From a virus: DNA of 64,000 nt. This document shows positions 58,198 through 64,000 of the stretch, piece after piece. Where the stretch lies: the IMG/VR virus record IMGVR_UViG_3300022752_000024, positions 1 through 64,000 of that record; one strand, 5' to 3'. The first letter of the stretch is position 1. Every line of letters begins with the position of its first letter. The notes beneath the pieces were generated by a model. It was not told the origin of the DNA. It searched no databases and saw nothing but the letters and a program-made list of their open reading frames with translations. Both the position numbers and the translations under genes were made by a program.

Positions 58198-58492
58198 TAT
58201 CTTTTCCTTCAAATATATTAATAAAAACAGTATTATCTTCCAATGCTTCTACTTCGTGCCATTCGTTTTCTTTTAGTATAATTGGTGGATGATCTTTATC
58301 CATTTCTTTGTAAATATTTTCTTTTCTTAATGCTGTTTTTCCGGAGACAGTAACAGTTAAATGTGGAAAAGTGTGTTCGTGTTTTGATAAACCTTCACCG
58401 GTATTTACGTTATATGAATTAAATGTCATATTTTTATATTGGAAGGTATACTTTGGACCAACATTAATTATGTTTTTGTTACTTTCAGACAT
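58190..58492 (-). CDS. cupin-domain protein
   Basis: KHEHTFPH and WHEVEALEDNTVFINIF cupin motifs. Confidence 0.8.
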   Translation of the reverse strand: MSESNKNIINVGPKYTFQYKNMTFNSYNVNTGEGLSKHEHTFPHLTVTVSGKTALRKENIYKEMDKDHPPIILKENEWHEVEALEDNTVFINIFEGKDNA

Positions 58493-61400
58493 ATCGATGC
58501 TCTCGTAATTGTAGAAACAGTTTGCACATTATATGATAATATATTTGATGCTGCTATTGCTGTTGGTGTAATTAAAGTATAATTATTTTTTGATGCAGAA
58601 CTTGTTATAGAAATAGGAACACCAAAACTAATTTCATTTGTTCTTGGTAATGTTGATCCCCATGTACTATAATTCTCATTATATACGTTCATTCCTATAG
58701 TACCATTCTGGTCAGTCAAAATAGTCCAAGAGACAACATTACAGTTAAACGGTATTTCAAGTGAACCACGAAGTCCTGTAGATATAACAGATCCTCCACC
58801 ATCTATAACAAATACAATTTCTGAGTTTCCTGTTGCAGCTCCACCTCCACCAGAAACTGCGGTAGTAGAAACAGAACTTATTCTACCATTGGCGGCAACA
58901 GTAATTACTGGAACAAGACTACCACTACCATAAGTACCAGCAGTTGCATTGATATTGGTTACATCTGTATTGGCTTGATTGAATGCTGCTTGCGCCAATA
59001 CATTAGCACTATTAGCTTTATTAAAAGCAGCTTGAGCAACTACGTTAGCAGTATTGGCTTGACCATATGCCGATTGAGCAACTACGTTAGCAGTATTAGC
59101 TTGATTAAATGCAGCTTGAGCTAACACATTGGCGGTATTGGCTTGATCGTATGCTGCTTGAGCATATGTCAAAGAAGAAAAATATGTAGAGTCGTTACCG
59201 TCAAGTAAATCTGCATCTAGTCCTGATCCAGAACCATCGACTGTCTTGATACCTTCAATCAAAGCAGTATTTGATATTGCTGGTCCTGTTGATCCAGCAA
59301 CGCTTGTTACTGCTGACTGATTTGATATCTGAACAATTCTACCTTGTGCATCCACATTCAATAAAGGATATGTGTATTGTCCTGCTGTTATGGTTGAAAT
59401 TGTTTTTAAACCAATTGTTATGTCACCGGTGGTTCCTGTTGCAGAAAGAGTAGAATCATTAGCCAAACTGGTAACTGCACTAATTGAAGTATTAACAATG
59501 TTAGTTACTCTACCATTAGCAGCAACAGTAATTACTGGTATAGTTTTGTTATTACCATAAGTACCAGCAGTTGTACTAATATTGGTTACATCAGTATTAG
59601 CAGTATTAAAAGCAGCTTGTGCCTTGGTGTCTACATTGGTTATATTGGTATTTTGTGTTGCATTAATACCTACTTGCAAAGCCACATTAGAAGATAAGTT
59701 TGTTACTGTGGTGTTAGCTTGATCGAAGGCAGCTTGAGTATAGGTATTCTGTGTTGCATTAATACCTACCTGAAGTGTAACATTAGAAGACAAATTGGTT
59801 GCTACAGTATTAGCTGCATCAAAAGCAGCTTGAGTATAGGTATTTTGTGTTGCATTAATACCAACTTGTAAAGTAACATTGGATGATAAATTAGTAGCTG
59901 TGGTATTTGCTTGATCGAAGGCAGCTTGTGCTAACACATTGGCACTATTAGCTTTATCATAAGCAGCTTGTGCCTTGGTGTCTACATTGGTTATATTGGT
60001 ATTTTGTGTTGCATTAATACCTACTTGCAAAGCCACATTAGAAGATAAGTTTGTTACTGTGGTGTTAGCTTGATTAAAAGCAGCTTGAGCAACCACATTG
60101 GCTGTATTAGCAGTATCTCTAGCATATTGGTCTGTTGTACTGCTTCCACCAGATATGGCAGTATTTACTACAGACACTATCCTACCATTGGCGGCAACAG
60201 TAATTACTGGAACAAGACTACCACTACCATAAGTACCAGCAGTTGTACTAATATTCGTTACATCTGTATTTGCTTGATTAAAAGCAGCTTGTCCTATTGG
60301 TTCTGATGTTAGAACTAAGCTGCCTCCAGAATATACTGCACCCGCATATACATTACCAACAACTCCAAGACCACCTTTGACTTGCAAAGCACCTGTTGTT
60401 GTAGAAGTGCTTGTGTTTGTAGTTTTAATTACAACAGTATTTGCTGCTGTAATTCTCATTACTTCATTTTCTGTATTTAATCCACGAGTAGCAAATATAA
60501 TATCATTATTCAATCCAGTAGCAACAATTAAGTCACCGCCACCAGTGCTTGTGTTACCATATGCAAACAAATATCCATCGTTAGGACCAATTAAGGTATA
60601 TCCTGGATAATTATATGTACTTGATCCAATACCTAAATCAACATATCCATCGAGTTGTGTTCCATTATCTGCCGTTATAAACAAATCTGAAGATGAATTT
60701 GCTCCGGAGTTAATATTTTGCATATTAAGACCAGAATATCCATTATAATTGGAACTTATTTGAACTGTTATTTGTGGTTCGAGCAAGTATCCGGTTGGTA
60801 TACCAGCATAAAGAGCATTGAATCCATTAGATGCATATCCAAAGAATTGACCAGTATTACCTTTAACTGTAATCGAAGTAACATTACCAATAAAGTTGAC
60901 GTTTCCTTGTACCGTCAAATCATTTTGAACAGTAACTGATCCTGATACAGTACCGCCTCCAGTAACAAAGTTATATCCTGTGTTTGCAGTATTATATGCT
61001 GCTTGAGCTAAAACGTTAGCACTATTAGCTTTATCAAAAGCTGCTTGTGCTTTGGTGTTCGCATTAGTTATATTAGTATTTTGTGTAGCATTAATACCAA
61101 CTTGGAGTGTAACATTGGATGATAGATCAGTTACTGTAGTATTAGCTTGGTTAAATGCTGCTTGTGCTTTGGTGTCTACATTGGTTATATTGGTATTTTG
61201 TGTAGCATTAATACCTACCTGAAGTGTAACATTAGATGATAAATTGGTAGCTACAGTGTTTGCTTGATCAAAAGCAGCTTGTGCCTTGGTGTTTGCATTA
61301 GTTATATTAGTATTCTGTGTTGCATTAATACCTACTTGCAACGCCACATTGGACGATAGGTCGGTTACTGTATTATTAGCTTGGTTAAATGCTGCTTGAG

Positions 61401-62748
61401 CCTTGGTGTCTACATTGGTTATATTGGTATTCTGTGTTGCATTAATACCGACTTGGAGTGTAACATTAGATGATAAATTGGTAGTTACAGTATTTGCTTG
61501 GTTAAAAGCAGCTTGAGCAACTACGTTAGCGGTATTAGCAGTATCTCTAGCATATTGGTCTGTTGTTCCTCCACCACCACTACCAGATATAGCAGTATTT
61601 ACTACAGACACTATTCTACCATTAGCAGCAACAGTAATTACAGGAACGTAACTAGTATTGCCATAAGTACCAGCAGTTGTATTGATATTGGTTACGTCTG
61701 TATTTGCTCTATCAAAAGCAGCTTGAGTATATGTATTTTGTGTTGCATTGATACCTACTTGTAAAGCAACATTAGATGATAAATTAGTAGCTACAGTATT
61801 TGCTTGATCGTATGCAGCTTGTGCAAGTGTTGATATTCTTGTAGATCCATCATATACACTATCTGCTCTTACTGCTCCAGCAACTCCAACACCACCTTGC
61901 ACAATTAGAGTGCCTGTAGAATTACTTGATGATGCTACTTCAGCTTTTAATTTAAATCCACCACCCATAGAAAATCTTGCAATCTCATTATAATTTTCTC
62001 CTTGGATGAATACAATATCTCCAACTCGTGTTCCACCAACTAAAGTTCCGCTTCCTGTAGTACCATAATATACATTTCCACCAAAAGTTTGACCTTGATT
62101 TCCTACTAGCATAACATATCCATCATTTGGATATGCCATAGGCATAGAGTTGAATGATGTATTATTGTATACTGAACCTGTTATTCCCATATCAATATAG
62201 TTAACAGAATCAGTACCGTTATCTGAAGTAACAACAAAATCTCCACTGCCCAACCCAGATAAGTTTTGTTGATTGACTTGAGAGTAATTATCAGAATAGC
62301 CAGTAAACTGGGAAATCAAGTTAGGTAGAAGTACAAAGCCACCTCCACCAACAGATAATCTTTGCGTTACATTAGCTTGACCCTGAATGTCTAAATTTCC
62401 AGTTATTGTATCGCCTGATTTACTTACTTTGTTATTTGCTGTATTATATGAAGATTGGGCAATTACATTAGCAGTATTGGCTTTATCAAACGCTGCTTGT
62501 GCTTTGGTGTCTACATTGGTCGTATTGGTATTTTGTGTTGCATTAATACCTACCTGCAAGGTAACGTTGGATGATAAATTAGTAGCTACAGTATTAGCTT
62601 GATTAAATGCAGCATTTGATTGTGCATACGCAGCAGTTGACTGAATAATTGCAGTATTTACTGAATCTTGAACATTTGAAGCACCAGTAAATGTTGATGT
62701 TGAAAATACAGTTGCTCTTTGAGTTGGTTTGACTATAAAATTTGCCAT
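58468..62748 (-). CDS. long repeat-rich fibre protein
   Basis: 1426 aa with 39-aa and 14-aa A/N/Q/T repeats, AGTYG..VPVITVAANGR modules, DGSGSGLDADLLDG motif. Confidence 0.85.
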   Translation of the reverse strand: MANFIVKPTQRATVFSTSTFTGASNVQDSVNTAIIQSTAAYAQSNAAFNQANTVATNLSSNVTLQVGINATQNTNTTNVDTKAQAAFDKANTANVIAQSSYNTANNKVSKSGDTITGNLDIQGQANVTQRLSVGGGGFVLLPNLISQFTGYSDNYSQVNQQNLSGLGSGDFVVTSDNGTDSVNYIDMGITGSVYNNTSFNSMPMAYPNDGYVMLVGNQGQTFGGNVYYGTTGSGTLVGGTRVGDIVFIQGENYNEIARFSMGGGFKLKAEVASSSNSTGTLIVQGGVGVAGAVRADSVYDGSTRISTLAQAAYDQANTVATNLSSNVALQVGINATQNTYTQAAFDRANTDVTNINTTAGTYGNTSYVPVITVAANGRIVSVVNTAISGSGGGGTTDQYARDTANTANVVAQAAFNQANTVTTNLSSNVTLQVGINATQNTNITNVDTKAQAAFNQANNTVTDLSSNVALQVGINATQNTNITNANTKAQAAFDQANTVATNLSSNVTLQVGINATQNTNITNVDTKAQAAFNQANTTVTDLSSNVTLQVGINATQNTNITNANTKAQAAFDKANSANVLAQAAYNTANTGYNFVTGGGTVSGSVTVQNDLTVQGNVNFIGNVTSITVKGNTGQFFGYASNGFNALYAGIPTGYLLEPQITVQISSNYNGYSGLNMQNINSGANSSSDLFITADNGTQLDGYVDLGIGSSTYNYPGYTLIGPNDGYLFAYGNTSTGGGDLIVATGLNNDIIFATRGLNTENEVMRITAANTVVIKTTNTSTSTTTGALQVKGGLGVVGNVYAGAVYSGGSLVLTSEPIGQAAFNQANTDVTNISTTAGTYGSGSLVPVITVAANGRIVSVVNTAISGGSSTTDQYARDTANTANVVAQAAFNQANTTVTNLSSNVALQVGINATQNTNITNVDTKAQAAYDKANSANVLAQAAFDQANTTATNLSSNVTLQVGINATQNTYTQAAFDAANTVATNLSSNVTLQVGINATQNTYTQAAFDQANTTVTNLSSNVALQVGINATQNTNITNVDTKAQAAFNTANTDVTNISTTAGTYGNNKTIPVITVAANGRVTNIVNTSISAVTSLANDSTLSATGTTGDITIGLKTISTITAGQYTYPLLNVDAQGRIVQISNQSAVTSVAGSTGPAISNTALIEGIKTVDGSGSGLDADLLDGNDSTYFSSLTYAQAAYDQANTANVLAQAAFNQANTANVVAQSAYGQANTANVVAQAAFNKANSANVLAQAAFNQANTDVTNINATAGTYGSGSLVPVITVAANGRISSVSTTAVSGGGGAATGNSEIVFVIDGGGSVISTGLRGSLEIPFNCNVVSWTILTDQNGTIGMNVYNENYSTWGSTLPRTNEISFGVPISITSSASKNNYTLITPTAIAASNILSYNVQTVSTITRASICLKVTKT
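61040..61520 (-). repeat. tandem 117-bp (39-aa) repeats in the fibre gene
   Basis: About four copies of AQAAFNQANTVATNLSSNVTLQVGINATQNTNITNVDTK; more copies near 59600-60090, 61720-61820 and 62490-62610; bounds approximate. Confidence 0.85.
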
Positions 62749-62751
62749 GCG

Positions 62752-63096
62752 TTACCTTGTTGCAGAAGGAGAGACAAAAATTTGACCTTCTAATACTCTT
62801 GTTATTGATCCTGAGAGGGTATCTGTTATAATAACGTCATACACTAATTTTTGCCTAGGTGATATGTTTGTAGTAACCGCAGAATTTGCGCTTAATTGAA
62901 TAATACCACTATTCGCATTATAGATTGAAGCATTAAAAACCAATGAGGCAGTATTTGAATAATAAGATGTTCTCGCTTGACTACGAACAGTAAATCCTGT
63001 CAAATTATAAGGTGCACCATTAGTATCGGAAAGAGTTGCTTGAGTGGTAAAAGTTGTACCTTGTTCGATGAATAAGTCGAGATATCCGGCAGCCAT
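62752..63096 (-). CDS. small virion protein (fibre adaptor-like)
   Basis: IEQGTTF..YNLTG..YDVII..TRVLEGQIFVSP pattern. Confidence 0.7.
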   Translation of the reverse strand: MAAGYLDLFIEQGTTFTTQATLSDTNGAPYNLTGFTVRSQARTSYYSNTASLVFNASIYNANSGIIQLSANSAVTTNISPRQKLVYDVIITDTLSGSITRVLEGQIFVSPSATR

Positions 63097-63112
63097 TGTT
63101 TGTCCTATAGAT

Positions 63113-63148
63113 AAAAAATCCTCTCATGTATTTAGCTGAGAGGATTTT
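63113..63148 (-). terminator. terminator hairpin with a late-promoter-like TAAATA in its loop
   Basis: AAAATCCTCTCA-GCTAAATACA-TGAGAGGATTTT followed by TT. Confidence 0.65.
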
Positions 63149-63163
63149 AATAGTTTATCAATA

Positions 63164-64000
63164 TTATCTATTAATTTGAGATTTCAAATTATTAACTTCT
63201 GCTTTGAGTTCCTTAATAGCTTCAATCAACAAACCAATCATATTTGAATACATCACAGACTTACCATGTTCGTTTTCTGATATTAGATATGGTATAATTT
63301 TTTCAACTTCTTGTGCAATTAGACCCATACCTTTTGTACCATTATCTATCCATTCATATTCGACACCTCTTAGTCTATTAACTGTATCTAATGCGTTTGA
63401 AATTTCAACGATGTTAGTTTTTAATTTCTCATCAGAGGTTGATGTCATTACCGTCGAAGATAATGTTCCTGTAGATGCAACGTAAGTTAGTTTGGTACTT
63501 GATGTGTTTGCTAAAGTTAATATTCCACTGGTTAACGATGTAATTAATGGATATTGTGTTGTAGCTGTTGTGGTATCGTTATTTATTGTTGCTACAGATA
63601 TAGCAGTATTTACTACAGAACTTATTCTACCATTGGCGGCAACAGTAATTACAGGAACGTAACTAGTATTGCCATAAGTACCAGCAGTTGTGTTAATATT
63701 GGTTACATCAGTATTGGCTCTATCATAAGCATTTTGTGCAAGTGTTGTACTGATAGCAGTATTTACTACAGAACTTATTCTACCATTGGCGGCAACAGTA
63801 ATTACAGGAACGTAACTAGTATTGCCATAAGTACCAGCAGTAGTATTGATGTTGGTTACATCAGTATTGGCTCTATCATAAGCATTTTGTGCAAGTGTTG
63901 TACTGATAGCAGTATTTACTACAGACACTATTCTACCATTAGCAGCAACAGTAATTACAGGAACGTAACTAGTATTGCCATAAGTACCAGCAGTAGTATT
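63164..64000 (-). CDS. tail fibre with C-terminal intramolecular chaperone (peptidase S74); 5' end outside the window
   Basis: TSDEKLKTNI cleavage motif, GLIAQEVE, LLIEAIKEL; frame open to the window edge. Confidence 0.9.
   Translation of the reverse strand, partial: NTTAGTYGNTSYVPVITVAANGRIVSVVNTAISTTLAQNAYDRANTDVTNINTTAGTYGNTSYVPVITVAANGRISSVVNTAISTTLAQNAYDRANTDVTNINTTAGTYGNTSYVPVITVAANGRISSVVNTAISVATINNDTTTATTQYPLITSLTSGILTLANTSSTKLTYVASTGTLSSTVMTSTSDEKLKTNIVEISNALDTVNRLRGVEYEWIDNGTKGMGLIAQEVEKIIPYLISENEHGKSVMYSNMIGLLIEAIKELKAEVNNLKSQINR
63601..64000 (-). repeat. tandem 153-bp (51-aa) repeats
   Basis: tagcagtatttactacaga recurs at 63601, 63754 and 63907. Confidence 0.9.

Noticed and set aside
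58900-64000. Repeats as a CRISPR array or diversity-generating retroelement
   Set aside because: Unit lengths are multiples of three with mostly synonymous variation and no unique spacers; no cas or reverse transcriptase gene in the window
1-64000. Stop-codon reassignment
   Set aside because: Core genes are full length in the standard code and no suppressor tRNA is present; the breaks in uvsX and gp18 have other explanations

Overview
A 64 kb segment of an AT-rich (by eye roughly one-third GC) T4-like myophage genome in the standard genetic code, with almost all genes on the minus strand. In transcription order (right to left) it holds: repeat-rich tail/neck fibre genes; neck, tail, terminase, portal and capsid genes (gp13-gp23, gp3); uvsY, uvsW and gp55; gp47/gp46; a candidate DNA-modification block (2OG-Fe(II) oxygenase, amino-methyltransferase, glycosyltransferase, purine dNTP diphosphohydrolase) inside the replisome region; gp45/44/62/regA; Hsp20, dCMP deaminase and SAM decarboxylase; six tRNAs; gp43; uvsX; gp41; and a nucleotide-sugar/glycosyltransferase island. 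The best-supported unusual feature is uvsX, broken into two genes by a naturally split intein with a decayed homing-endonuclease remnant between the halves. Other leads are a ~190-nt multi-hairpin non-coding RNA between tRNA-Glu and tRNA-Ser, a consensus sigma70 promoter firing antisense just upstream of gp55, His-rich proteins with capsid-targeting-like N-termini, and an apparent ATC start for gp14. The sheath gene gp18 has a 1-nt frameshift that is probably a sequencing error. All family assignments come from motif recognition and T4 synteny; no database search was run.
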